From the NCBI RefSeq assembly GCF_018350175.1, contig NC_058370.1, forward strand, positions 20,894,001 through 20,958,000: a DNA stretch of 64,000 nt, read 5' to 3'. The translations under genes were made by a program, and so were the position numbers. Of this stretch, positions 49,836-63,071 are shown piece by piece; within the stretch, counting starts at the first letter, position 1, and each line of letters begins with the position of its first letter. The stretch is from Felis catus. Lineage: Eukaryota. Under the pieces are notes generated by a model. That model was not told the DNA's origin, ran no database searches, and saw only the letters and a program-made list of their open reading frames with translations.

Positions 49836-51629
49836 GCTTTGGGGCACTATAAATGGAAATGAGCCCCATCGCCAACTGTTAAAAGCCTTCCGTAGCTCCC
49901 CAGTGCTCTGGGAACAAAGTCCAAAACCCCTCCTAAGACATACGGTGTTCGCATGATGGGCTCCCTCCTGCAGGCCTCCATCTTGCACAGCCCAGGGGGC
50001 ACCATTCATACCGCCATCTATAAGACCGGCACCCCCTGGAGCAGTGCGCAACTTGCTCAGCGGTACATGGTGCTCCTACCTACCTACCTCTCCAGTCCCA
50101 TTCCTTAAACTCCAAACACCTTCCACAATGGTCTCTCATCAGTTACAGGGTCACCTTGCATCCTCTGGTCTCTGAGCTTTCGCACAGCCTGTTCCCACTG
50201 CCTGGAAGACTCACTCATCCATCCACGCGTCCCTTCATTCATCCACCCATCCGCTATCCATCCATCCAGCTTCATTCATACATCTGCCCCTAACACGCAC
50301 ACCCGCACACACACACACACACACACAATCTGCCTCACTCCTCAACCTTCAGGTCTCAGCTCAAACTCCCCAGACGAGGCACTCCCCTGTTAACATACAC
50401 CCACATTCCTCTGAATCTAGTTTATAGCCTTTCACAACCGAAATTACATAACTATCTGGGTCATTAGGGGCTTTGGGTCTGTCTGCCGTAGGACACTAAG
50501 CCCCAAAAGGGCAGGACGGTGACCTGGCACTTACTGTTCCTTCCCCGAGGCCTGGCACACGGTAAGTCCTCAGCCACTCTTCCTGGACCGTGGCCAAATC
50601 GGCAGCCCCCTAGCTCAGCCCAAGGACACAGCCTCTCCGGCTCTGAGCAAATCAGACCACCCTGCAGTGGTGACCCCCACAGCCTCGGGGCAGGTAAGAG
50701 TTATGGCAAGATCACTGATCACCGAGGCCCAGCCTGCCGATCCAGGGGCCAGTGGAGAGCCCGAGGGGCTGGCTGGTGGCCTTTGGGAGAGCAGAAGTGG
50801 CCATTGTGCCCCTGTACAGGACAGATTCTGGGAAGGTTCTGCTTATACGAGGCAAGCCATCAAATCCCGCGGGGAGCGCCGGGGTGGCGGTGGGGGGGAC
50901 CAGCCTCCCTGTCCAGAAGACACTCTTGGAGACAGAAATGAAACACCAGCTGCCAAAAACAGCGTCCGTGTGCAGGAATTATTGGGAACCCAAGATGAGG
51001 AATCACTCCCATGGCGGGCAGTTATTTTCAGCCCAAGAGGTACGAAGCATCACCCCCATCTCCACGGAGCCCTTCGCATGTATGAGCCACGGTGTCCTTG
51101 GAAGTGTGCTCTGCCCCAGCTGGGAGCCTGGCTCTGGGCACAGCTCACGGGAGCAAAGAGCCCACGGCCCGCGCCCAGGGCGCGACCGGGCTTTCCTGCC
51201 TCCGGTTCAGCAAGAAAAAGGATTCTTACATCCACAGTGCCTCCTTACTGAGCTCTTCCTGTGCCCCCAGGTCCGTGCAGAACCACCTTCCTTCACGGGG
51301 CTCCTGTCTGTAACGATCCCCCTCGTGGAGAAGAAGAGACAAAGGGTCATAGTCACAGGAGACCAAGCAGAGGAAAGCAGGTCCTCCGACTCCGAGGCCC
51401 TGACTGTTGACCACGGGGCTGCTCCCCTCTGCCCCTGAGGCCAGTGGGAACCAGCACTAACGGAGTGATCCACACACCAGACGGAAGAAACACTGCAGGT
51501 CCTGGGGGCACAGTCAGGTCTTTCAGAACCGTGTTAACTGCGAACTTGCACCTCTCACTTCCTGTTTAAACCCTCTCATGGCTCCCCACAGCTCTTAGAA
51601 TGAAGTTCAAAATCCTTTCGTGGCCTTCA

Positions 51630-51845
51630 CCGGGGTGGGCACACGGGCCAAATCTGGCAGGCAGCTTGTTCCTGTAGATCAGGTTGTTTATTGGAACAAG
51701 AAACATTTCATTTATCTACATATCGCCAATGACTGCATTCACCCTGAAACAGCACAGTTGAGTCGCAGAGCAGAGACCGTACGGACCAAACAGTCTAAAA
51801 TATTTACTCTCTGGCCCTTTACAGAAAATGTTTGCTGGGCTTCAA
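51630..51845. mobile_element. MER58A-like MITE within L2 sequence
   Basis: ggccaaatctggc...tttattggaaca...tatttactctctggccctttacagaaaatgtttgc. Confidence 0.7.
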
Positions 51846-52031
51846 GGTCCTGCATGGTGGGGTCCCGCCTACAGGGCTACCACCTTGCACAATTCCCAGG
51901 CTGCATTCCTCTCATCACGGTCTGTGGGAATGGCTTCCTCTGGAGTTGTGCAGTGTGTAGCTTGCTCAGCTGTACCCAGCAGCCCTGTCTCCCTACCCCT
52001 CCAGGCTCATCTCCCGAAAGCTACTACCACC

Positions 52032-52488
52032 ATTTTTTTAAATTTTTTTAATGTTTATTTTTTTTTTTTAATTTTTTTTTCAACGTTTATTTATTTTTGG
52101 GACAGAGAGAGACAGAGCATGAACGGGGGAGGGGCAGAGAGAGAGGGAGACACAGAATCGGAAGCAGGCTCCAGGCTCTGAGCCATCAGCCCAGAGACTG
52201 ACGCGGGGCTCGAACTCACAGACCGCAAGATCGTGACCTGGCTGAAGTCGGACGCTTAACCGACTGCGCCACCCAGGCGCCCCAATGTTTATTTATTTTT
52301 GAGAGAGAGAGAGAGACAGAGGGTGAGCAGGGGAGGTGCAGAGAGAGAAGGAGACACAGAATCGGAAGCAGGCTCCAGGCTCTGAGCTGTCAGCACAGAG
52401 CCCAACACCGGGCTAGAACTCACGGGACGTGAGATCATGACCTGAGCCCAAGTCGGACGCTCAACCGACTGAGCCACCCAGGCGCCCC
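52032..52488 (-). mobile_element. Young SINEC_Fc (52061-52283) nested in the tail of an older SINEC
   Basis: TSD AATGTTTATTT (52050-52060 and 52284-52294). Confidence 0.92.
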
Positions 52489-53689
52489 TTATTTTTAAAA
52501 CACAAATAAAAAACAACCACTAAGCTCCCGCCTGGTCCCACCAGGCGCCAGGGATGAAACCGTCAACATCTCGCATTTCTCAAAAGCTCCTGGCCTGGCT
52601 GTAAAAGACAGAAGCATCTCTCTCGAGGGAGCTCCAAGCCTCTGCTGGCTCAAGGACCGCAATGAGGTGGTCCCCACCGCCCCCCATGCAAGCAAGGTCC
52701 CCCTGAGATGGCAAGGAGGTGGCTCCCACCCTCCTCTCCTGTATTCCTGCTCCTGGCACCCACCCTGTCGCTCCGCCCACACCTCCCTGGCAATCTGGCT
52801 GGAATCTGGGCCAAGCAGGGCCGTCTGCTCCCCTCCATCTCCAGCTGTAGCGAGTGAGGCTGAAGGGACCCATCTCGGCAGGAAGCTGGTGGCGGCTGCC
52901 TTTGCCGGGACGGGAGAAATCACTGTTGATGAGCTGGTGGTTTTTCTGCCACCTGACCCACTCTACCCCACAGAGCAGACGGCCTGACCTCGAGCTGGTC
53001 TGTGTGGCACCTGCTCCCGGCCCTGGACGGAAGGACAGAGGTGTCTGTCCACCGAGGCGGACCTTGGGCAATCCACACTTGCGGGGGGTGCTCTGGGGCT
53101 GAGCAGCTGCCGCCCGGCCATGTGACTTGCACAGTCATGTCTGTGGGGCACCCACTCACCGGCCCTCCTCCCCCACCCCCCGCCCCGTCTCACCTCCTTT
53201 TCCACCCAGCGCCCAGCAACGAGGCCACATCCTTCCACTGCCTCCGAGGCACCGCGTGATGCAGTCTCTGCCCCTCCCCGAATCCCTCAGTGACCGATTC
53301 AGTGGCCGCTGGCTTCTTTCATTTACCAAATCAAAATGAAAGAAAACAAAAACAGAGCTCCTCCAGGCTTTTACACGTGCAAGTTCCTGTGGCTGGAGCC
53401 CTCCTTCTTCTCACTCCTGGGCCAGCGAACTCTTCTTCAAACCTCAGATTCCAGCTGAAATGTCACCTCCTCTGAGAGGCCTTCCCTGATCACCCCAGTC
53501 TCGGGCAAGTTGCCTGAGTTACCCACTCCCATAGTACCTTGCATTTCTGCATTTCAGCTCCACAGCAGTGCCTCTCCCGGTTTGTGAATACAGGCTGATT
53601 AGTCGACAATGATTATACAACTCTTTCTTTAGTTTTTTGGGCTCCGCGAGGGAGTCCGGCTCCTAGCAGGGGCTCCAGAAATTATTGTA

Positions 53690-54185
53690 GCAAAAGCACC
53701 AGAAATCTACTCCCTCAGCAAATTTCTAGTTTTCGATTATTATTTTTTAAATGTTTATTTATCTATTTTGAAAGAGAGAGAGAGAGAGCAGGCGGGGGGC
53801 GGAGAGAGAGGGGGAGACAGAGAGAATCCCAAGCAGGCTCCATGCTGTCAGCACAGAGCCCGACGCAGGGCTCGATCTCAGGAACCGTGAGATCATGACC
53901 TGAGCTGAAATCAAGAGTCGGACACTCAACCAACTCAGCCACCCAGGCGCCCCCATAAAGCATTCACTATAGTCGCTATGCTGTGCATTAGATTCCATAT
54001 AATGAACTGAAACTTTGTGCCCTTTGGCCAATATCTAAAAAAAAAAAAAAAAAAAAAAAAGGTAACTATATAGGGAGATGGGTATGTGAATTAGCTTCAC
54101 TCTATTAATCATTTCTCTCTCTAGATCAACATCCTGTTGTATATCTTACATATATTCAATTTTTACTTAAAAATAAAAATTTTAA
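53690..54185. mobile_element. Minus-strand SINEC (~53745-53954) inside L1MA-like 3' fragments, with an A tract
   Basis: The SINE body is clear; the L1 assignment is from recalled 3'-end motifs. Confidence 0.7.
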
Positions 54186-55759
54186 AAACCAAGTCTATTG
54201 TGTGAATGGACGAAGGAAGGAAGCGAGGGAGGAAGGGAAGATTGCTCGGGGGGAGGGGGGGAGGGGAGGGCCCACAGAGCTGCTTGCCCCTGGGACCAGG
54301 GAACCCTGGGGACATGCGTACAGCCCTGCACACACCACAGGGCGTGTGACTCAGGAACTGAAAAGCCACAATACGGATTTGGTACAGAAATGAAGCAGCA
54401 AATATCTCTCCCTGAGCCTCCACTGGCAATGCAGCCGGACCCGGCAGCTGACTGCAGGCGTCCTTCAGGCCACTCCCAGGCCGGGCACGGACACCCATCA
54501 GTCCCCTCCTGCCCAGGGTCCCAGACCTCACGCCCTCTGCCTGATACTTTCCGTTGCTCTTTGTGCAGCCAGCCCTAACCGTGCCGGGCACGGCGTTAAG
54601 CACTTTGTCTTTCAATCCGTTAGTCCTCCTGATCCAGTATGAGGATTAACGACCGGCTAGTATCACCTGCCTGCTATTATTGCCCCCAATTCACAGATGG
54701 GAAAACCGAGGCTCAGTCTTGAGCAAGGGAAAGGACTTGTCCAAGGGCACGTGTCTGGGAACGGCAGAGCTCGGACTTCTGACCTCGGCTGGCTGCCTCC
54801 AAAAGCCAAACGCTTCACCGCTTGGCTAAAATTGTGGCCACACAAGGGCCCGGGCAGGAACGTGGACGGCAGAGGGAGGAGCAGGGTGAATGCAACAGAG
54901 AGCCACAGACAGGATGAAAAGCCAGAAGGGCCGGGACCATCGCCGATCATTCAGTGTTCAGTACTGGTTAATGAAGACAGTGATCCGTGATAGTCATCAC
55001 AGCGACCCTCTTAGTGCAGCCTGCAGACGGGGACGCGGTGGCACAGAGGTTAACACTTAGCCTGAGGTCCCGTGACAGGTGAGTGGCAGCTCTGGGGTAG
55101 ACACAGAAGCCTGAGCTCCAATGCATCCTCTGTCCGTCTCCCTGCTGCACCTCCGTTCTAGGCAGACCCCCGCCCCCCGATGCCAGGCACGCGGGAGGCA
55201 CACGGCCAGCTGCGACGCCAACCCACTGGGCTGCTCCCCCTCCACAGAGTCTCCCGGGGTCCAGCACGTGCAGCCTGGTCCAACCAGCTCCTCCACCTGC
55301 CCCCCCGCTCCCCCCCTTCCCAGGGTGCTGTCGGGGTGGCCGGGCGCCCAGCCTGCTGCTCAGACGCTGCCAGGAGGACCAGCGCTCTCAGAAAGGTTGT
55401 CCTGGGCCCTCGATGCGCCACGCCTCCAAACTCACTCGACTGCAACCTCTCCACCCACCACTGCCCCCTCTCCCTGGTGCAGAAACAGCCAGAGATAGCT
55501 GCTTCCAGGGAAGCCCAGCCGCCCCAAGGCTGGGGGTAGAGATTCAGTCAAGTTTAATGGTGGCTTCTGCAGGGGCTGGTGCAGCCCGTCCCACTGCCGG
55601 CCGGTTCACCCCAAGATGCCGGACGGTGACTCAGCCGCGGTGGAGGGTGGGCAAGGCAGACCCGGGCTTCCCTCAAAGCCACATCCCCAAGTGCAGGCCC
55701 CAGGAGCCAGGCCTTGTTCTTCCCCAGGGAGCCTCTCTCCAGGACCCATCTGGGAAGAA

Positions 55760-56895
55760 AAAAGGGCAGACGATAACAGGGTTGGCAAGGAGGAAGGGAC
55801 TCCGGAACCCTTGTATGTTGCCGGTGGGAATGTGAAATGGGGCAGCCGCCGAGGAGAAGTCTGGCAGTGGCTCAGAAAGTAAATATAGAGTCACCAAGTG
55901 ATCCAGTGATTCCAATCCTGGGTATAGACCCAGGAGGAATAAACACAAGTTTCCCCACAAAAACTTGCCCACAAACGTTTATTAGGAGCAGTATTTATAA
56001 TTGCCCGAAAGTGAAAACACGCAGATGTCCAGCAATGGATAAAGAAATAAGTAAAATGGGGTTTGTTCATAGTGGAATATTATGCGGCTACGAAAAAGAA
56101 TGAAATGCTGACACACGCCACAGCATGGATGAATCCTGAGAACATCACACCAAGGGAAGGAAGCCAGACGCAAAAGGCCACGTGTTGTATGATTCCATTT
56201 GTATGAAATTTTCAGAGTAGGCAAACCCATAACGATAGAAAATAGATCAGTGGCTGCCAAGGGCTGAGGGCGAGGGGCCCTGGGATGTGACCGGCTAATG
56301 GTACAGGGTTTCATTTGGGGTGATAACAATTTTCTGGAATTAGACAGTGGTAATGGTTGCGCAACCTTATGAATATATTAAAGACTACAGATTGCACACT
56401 TTAATGTTTATTTATTTTGAATTGGGCGGGTGGCGGGGGGGGGGGAGCGTGCGCAGGGGAGGGGAAGAGAGAGAGGGAGAGAGACAGAATCCCAAGTTAC
56501 CACCACAGAGCCCGACGCGGGGCTCGATCTCACGAACCACAGATCATGACCCGAGCCAAAATCAAGAGTCAGACGTTTAGCCGACTGAGCCGCCCAGGCA
56601 TCCTTTGCACACTTTAAACAGGTAAATTTTGTGGTATGTGAGTGATATTTCAATTAAAAAAAAAAATAGGGAGAGGGGGTGCCTGGGTGGCTCAGTCGGT
56701 TAAGCGCCCGACTTCAGCTCAGGTCATGATCTCATGGTTCGTGAGTTCGAGCCCCACGTCGGGCTCTCTGCTGACGGCTCAGAGCCCGGAGCTTGTTTCA
56801 GATTCTGTGTCTCCCTCTCTCTCTCTGCCCTCCCCTTCTCGTGTTCTCTCTCTCTCTCTCTCAAAAATAAATAAACATTAAAAAAAAAAAAAAGA
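55760..56895. mobile_element. L1MB-like 3' end (+) with an inserted - SINEC (56405-56603), followed by a + SINEC (56675-56893)
   Basis: L1 motifs gtgggaatgtgaaatgg and gtatgattccattt; SINE TSD TTGCACACTTTAA (56392-56404 and 56605-56617). Confidence 0.85.
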
Positions 56896-58039
56896 GGAAG
56901 GGGCTCTAAGGTGGCCTTGAGCACCCTGCTGAGAGCTCGTTCCCCTGCCAGCCTGGGGGTTCCACGAGGTGAGGACAGTATCTGTCTCATCCATTACTGT
57001 ACCCACGGTGCCTAAGACAGTACCTGGTAAACATAGATGTTTGATTCTTACTTAAAACGGGGAAAGAAAGAAGGAGGCCACTGGCCACTTGATCCCTCCA
57101 GGGCCCTGCATGATCTGGCCTCTGCCCACCTCTGCTGGCACCTTCCCTCCTAACCACCCGGACCCTTCCAGGACCACCATGTACCACCCTCTCTCTCGAC
57201 CCTCGTGCCCTTCTCATGGGCTATCCCTCTGCCTGACTTTCTCAGCCTTCACTTCATGGTTAATTCTTAACCGGGTTTCAGGTTAAATGTCTCAGCTTAA
57301 ATGTCACTTCCTCTGTGAAGCTGACACCGAGGCTGGGGGAGGCACCCTTCTCTTGCGCTTCCTGTTCCCTCCCCCAAACACTTAACACTATGATGTATTT
57401 GTGCATGCATTTGTCTGTGTTTCTACTAGACCAGGAGGTCTAGTGAAAGGGCTGGAGGGTAGGAGAGTAGGAACCGTAAACTTTTTAGCTACTATGAGAT
57501 GGTTTGGGATCCCAGTCAATATCTGATGACTGCGGTGGTAAAGAGAGCCTGCTCGATCTCTACCCAAGCCTCAGAACTGGCCAGAGGATCCTCTCCTGGG
57601 CTGGTCTATACTTCGTGCTCTGGACAAAAATGCTCCCAGGCCAGGCCATAGACATTTTAATCTCAGAGGGAATTTTCATTCCTTGACTTATACAAAGAGG
57701 CTGGTTTCTCTCTTAGCATCCCCGATACCTTCAAAACTAGGAAGGCAAGATGGCCAAGGGCATGTCAGGCATGTAGCTATAATATTTTCTTTTCTAGAAC
57801 CTCCATGCCCAAGACACATGGTCATGCTGGACAGAAGTTGTTGACAGGGACTCGCATCAGCTACCCAGAAGCCTCTGCACATGTGTCACTTGTATCTAGT
57901 ATTAGATGTGCGCAGGAAAAGGGATTGCAGACCCTTTAGAATGCCAACTCTGTGCAGGCAAATCCTGTCTGTCTTCTTATCTGGAATATCCAGCACCTAG
58001 AGTAAGAGCTCAACAAATAGTTGTTGAGAGAATTAACAA

Positions 58040-59310
58040 ATAAAAAAATTCTCCTAAGAAAATAAAACTAAAGATACCAGGAAAATCTAAGAAAAATATG
58101 TATATGATCCATATGAGCAAAACTACAAAACTCTAATGAATGAAATCAAAGAAAAATAAATGGAGAAATAGTCTATGTTCACGGATAGGAAGATTCGATA
58201 TTGTCAAAATGTTAGTTCTTTCCAACTTGATCTATAGATTCAATGCCAACCAAAATCTCAGTCAGTGATTTTATTAATACTGACACATCGATTCTAAGAT
58301 TTATAGAAAAAGACAAAAGCCCCGACACTATATTGAAGAAGAAGAACAAAGTTGGGGTACTGGCACCAGTTGACCTCAAGACTTANNNNNNNNNNNNNNN
58401 NNNNNNNNNNNNNNNNNNNNNNNNNNNNNNNNNNNNNNNNNNNNNNNNNNNNNNNNNNNNNNNNNNNNNNNNNNNNNNNNNNNNNNNNNNNNNNNNNNNN
58501 NNNNNNNNNNNNNNNNNNNNNNNNNNNNNNNNNNNNNNNNNNNNNNNNNNNNNNNNNNNNNNNNNNNNNNNNNNNNNNNNNNNNNNNAGTCACACTCCCT
58601 CGTATCTACTCTAAGAAGTTGAAAACTATATCCACAAAAGCCTGCACACAAAAATTTACAACGGCTTTAGTCATAATCACCAACACTTGGAAGTAACCCA
58701 GAGGTCCTTCAGCAGGTAAGCGGGCAAACCATGGTACATCAGACAATGGAATATTTATCCAGTGCTAAGAAGACATGAGCTGTCCAGTCATNNNNNNNNN
58801 NNNNNNNNNNNNNNNNNNNNNNNNNNNNNNNNNNNNNNNNNNNNNNNNNNNNNNNNNNNNNNNNNNNNNNNNNNNNNNNNNNNNNNNNNNNNNNNNNNNN
58901 NNNNNNNNNNNNNNNNNNNNNNNNNNNNNNNNNNNNNNNNNNNNNNNNNNNNNNNNNNNNNNNNNNNNTAGGCAAAACACAGGGGATTTTTAGGACACTG
59001 AAAACAGTCTGTATGCTACCATAATGATGGATACACATCATTATACATTATACATTTGTCCAAACCCACAGAATGCACAACACCAAGAGTGAACCCTAAT
59101 GTAAACCGGGGTCTTTGTAGGCTAATGATAGGTCAGTGTAGGCTCATCAATGGTAACCAAAGTAGCACATTGGTGGGGGTTGTTGATGATGGAGGAGACT
59201 ATGCATGTGTAGTTCCAAGGGGTATATGGAAAATCTCTGTACCTACCCTCATTTTTGCTGTGCGCCTACAACTGTTCTCGGAAAATTCAGTCCAAATAAA
59301 TAAATAAACA
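58040..59310 (+). mobile_element. Old L1 (ORF2 3' part plus L1MC-like 3' end) broken by gaps 58386-58587 and 58792-58968
   Basis: aaactacaaaactctaatgaa...atctatagattcaatgc ORF2 motifs; 3' end resembles the copy at 30710-31145. Confidence 0.8.
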
Positions 59311-59552
59311 GAAGGCAACCAGGGAAACCTTGATGCAAAATAAGCTACAGTCAATGCTCGTGACAAATGCAGAGTCTTTCTGAAACGTGGGGGTGGGAGA
59401 AGAATAACTTCCTAATGTAGCAGCGGATATTTTACTAGATTTCCTCAAAGGGAGAAAGAACTGAATTTAACTCATCTCATAAGAGAGGACGTGGGTCTGT
59501 AAGGTTTCTCCACCAAAGCTACAAAGGCTGTGCCGATTTACTGTTTTCTTTT

Positions 59553-60382
59553 CAATGTTTATTTATTTTTTATTTATTTTTGAGAGAGAGAGAGAGAGCA
59601 AGTGGGGATGGGGCAGAGAGAAAGATGGGGACAGAATCCTAAGCAGGCTCCGCAGCTTAAAGCACAGAGCCCGATGTAGGGCTCGAACTCACAAAGCCGT
59701 GAGATCATGACCTGAGCTGAAATCAAGAGTTGGACGCTTAACCAACTGAGCCACCCAGGTGCACCTGTGCCTGTTAACACCTCAGACTCAAAGTGAGGGT
59801 ACCGCCAGTCCGGAAATGTGACCCTGGAACTTCCCCCATTCCATTCATGAACATCCTGGACCCCAACTGTGCCAGGTCCCTGTTCTTCACTAATTCTGCT
59901 TCCAGAATTTTCCCGGTACCTCTCCCTGCAGCTTCTCTGGGGATCTGGGAACCTGATCTCCCTTCTGCCCTCCAGAGCCTTGGCCTCCTGGGAACTCTCC
60001 AAGGTACCTGTTCTTTTTTTTTTCCCCAACTGCCCTCTCTCCCCAAACTCCCTGCACTCCTCTTCGGGACTTCCTCCTGCTGCTGCCCCAATCCCATTGC
60101 TCTATCACCTCTCTTCTCTGTCTACTTATTGTTCCTCATTTTTTAAAGTAATTATTTCAGGGGCACCTGGGTGGCTCAGTTGGTTAAGCGTCCGACTTTG
60201 GCTCAGGTCATGATCTCACTGTCCGTGCGTTCGAGCCCTGCGTCGGGCTCTGGGCTGACAGCTCAGAGCCTGGAGCCTGGTTCTGATTCTGTGTCTCCCT
60301 CTCTCTCTCTGACCCTCCCCCGTTCATGCTCTGTCTCTCCCTGTCTCAAAAATAAATAAACGTTAAAAAAATTTAAAAAAAT
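59553..60382. mobile_element. SINEC pair: minus (~59553-59765) and plus (~60160-60382)
   Basis: Both bodies are clear; the + copy has TSD TAATTATTTCA. Confidence 0.9.
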
Positions 60383-61449
60383 AATTATTTCATCTCTCCA
60401 TGCAAGTAACAGATAAAAATATTCCCAGCTCTACACGCAGGAGCTGCATATACATAAAAACGAAAATGGCTTCACAGCCATCATAATAATATCTAACGTT
60501 TATACTGAATATTTTCCAAGCGTGAAGAATACCCAGAAGAATACCCAGAAGAATGCCCAGATGCTACGTCTCATCCCAGTTAACTACGACAACAATCCTA
60601 TGACTTAGGCGCTGTCATCAGCTCATTCAACAGGGAACGTCCATGATTAGCTCAAACTCACTTAGCTAATAAGTGTTGAGAACCAATATTAGTGTGGTTG
60701 ATTCCAGGTACAGCTGGTGTTTCAGGCATAACTAGTGACAGGAGAGACTCACCCATATATAACTAAGAATAAAACCCATTCCTATCAATATTTAGTAAGA
60801 GGAAACAAGTTGCCTATGAAGGGGGATATTCCTCCAGCTCCCACCCGTCCACTTGGAACCTTCTGTCTGTTTTCCCTGGTTCCACTCTCCTGTCCCATAA
60901 CCACATCCTTCCCACCCCCCGTCTGTCTGCCTGGCTCTCGATTTTCTCCTAAAGACGATGCATCTTGCTTCTGTCTCTCAGTGCTGTGTCACACAGAACA
61001 CCAGCAAATCCCACTCTGGGCTTCCACCTGTCTAGCTGAGGAAATTAAACAAGACTTTTGAAATTGTGAAGGGAACCACCGGAGAAACTAAAACCGGGAT
61101 TTTGTCTTCTATACCAACGGGAAAGATAAAAGAAAACATAGTATTCATTAAAGTCACAGAATGAAAGAGCATAGAAACATAAATGTCACAAGGCCTAAGG
61201 CAAGATGACCAAAAACCAACTATCTACTACAATAAATGAAATCATCTACCCTCCCCTATAAAGCAGTGAAGATTTGGTTGTCAAAAAGAGAAAAAAAAAA
61301 AAAACCATTCATCTGTGTGTTGCTTACAAGAGATACATCCCAACAAAATAACAGAGAGCGTAAAAATAAAGGAATGCTCAAAAATAAACCACCAAATGCA
61401 AAAACAAAGAAAGTGGGGGTGGCAACATTACTATGGTGCAGAATGGATT

Positions 61450-62534
61450 TAAATTTTTTTTTCAGTTTATTTATTTATTTTTTTTTTTGAGAGAGAGAGA
61501 GAGACAGAGAGAGAGCAGGGGAGGGGCGGAGAGACAGCGAGAGAGAAAATCCCAAGCAGGCTCTGTGGTGTCAGTGCAGAGCTGGATGTGGGACTTGAAC
61601 TCACGAGCTGTGAGATCATGGACCTGAGTCGGTCCATAAAACCAAGAGTCGGTCGCTTAACTGACAGAGCCACCCAGGCGCCCCTTAGGGTGGTTTTTTA
61701 AAAAGATATTTCAAAATGAAATCATAAACAGAAAGCAGATTAGTGGCTGCCTGGGTCAGCGGTGGGGTGGGGAGAACGAAGCAATTATCAGTTAAGAAAG
61801 CCTGTGAATCGCATAATACACCAAGCAAAATCCAGTGAAACAAAAACCGTCCATAGATAAGCCAAAACTATGTGTTTTTTTGCGAGGAATCTCCAGCACA
61901 TACACATGCTAAAGATAAGAGGAGGGGTGGCGGAAAAAGATTTATGGACAAGGACGTTCACAGCAGCACTGTTTATATACATTGTTTATAATAAAGAATT
62001 ACCGGAAGCAACCCAACATCTAAACAATTAGAGACTGATTAGGTAAATTATGGAACATTCATATGATGGAATATTCTGCAGCTCGTATCTTTGAGGAATT
62101 TTTAAGGATGTGGGAAATTGCTTGATATATAGTGTAGAATGGAAAATGAGAGACCAAAACTGTACATTCAATGCAATCTCAATTAGAAAGGAAAAATGCC
62201 TTCCACACAGGCACACACTGCTTATTGGAAAAACAATTAAGATACGAACGGTGGTTATCAGTGACTTTTATTTTATGGTGGCCAGAATTGTCCAAGCATT
62301 TAAAAGTACATATGCACTACTTTCATAACCGGAATTTTCTTTTCAGAAAAAAAATTTGTTTGAGACAGAGCGTGAGTGGGGAGGAGCGGAGAGAGAGGGG
62401 GACACAGAATCCAAAGCACGCTCCAGGCTCTGAGCTGTCAGCCCAGAGCCCGACGCGAGGCTCAAACCCACAAACCGTGAGACCATGACCTGAGCCAAAG
62501 TCAGACTCAACCAAGTGAGCCACCCAGGCGCCCC
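61450..62534 (-). mobile_element. Two minus-strand SINECs (~61450-61684 and ~62350-62534) among old L1 fragments
   Basis: Heads cacccaggcgcccc end at ~61684 and ~62534. Confidence 0.85.
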
Positions 62535-62754
62535 AGTAACCAGAATGTTCCAATTTCACTAAAACACAAAATGATACATTCCACACACCATGAGAGCCAA
62601 GCGGTAACAACTACATTTCTGTGAAATTTCTAGGGCAGAAATGAGGTCTCACGCTGGCTGACCCCTTGAAGCAAATGCTGAAGCTGAAATTCCTGTGTTG
62701 GGTAGGATGTTAAATAGAAACAATAATAATAATAACCCCTTTGTTTGCATTGTG

Positions 62755-63071
62755 CAGGGGTCGGCAAACTATGGTCCAATGGCTAACATCGTGCAATTTT
62801 GAACTGCTTACAACTTAAGAATGATTCTCTCTATACATATATTTTTGGCAGTTGGGGGAATAAAATCAAAGAAGCATCATATTTTATGACACAGGAAAAT
62901 TACATGAAAGCCAAAAATCAGTGCCCGTAAATGAAGTTTAACTGGAACACAGGCTCGTTTGTTTATGTATTGCCTTTGGCTGCTTCCTCTGTCAGAACAG
63001 AGACTGGGTGGCCCACGCGGCCGACGGTGTTTCTTATCTGGCCCTTTACAGAAAAAGTTTGCTGATCCCTG
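62755..63071. mobile_element. MER58B-like hAT MITE with terminal inverted repeats
   Basis: CAGGGGTCGGCAAACT (62755-62770) and AGTTTGCTGATCCCTG (63056-63071) are complementary at 14/16 positions. Confidence 0.85.

Noticed and set aside
60524-60561. 12-bp unit GAAGAATACCCA x3
   Set aside because: Ordinary short tandem duplication with no sign of function.
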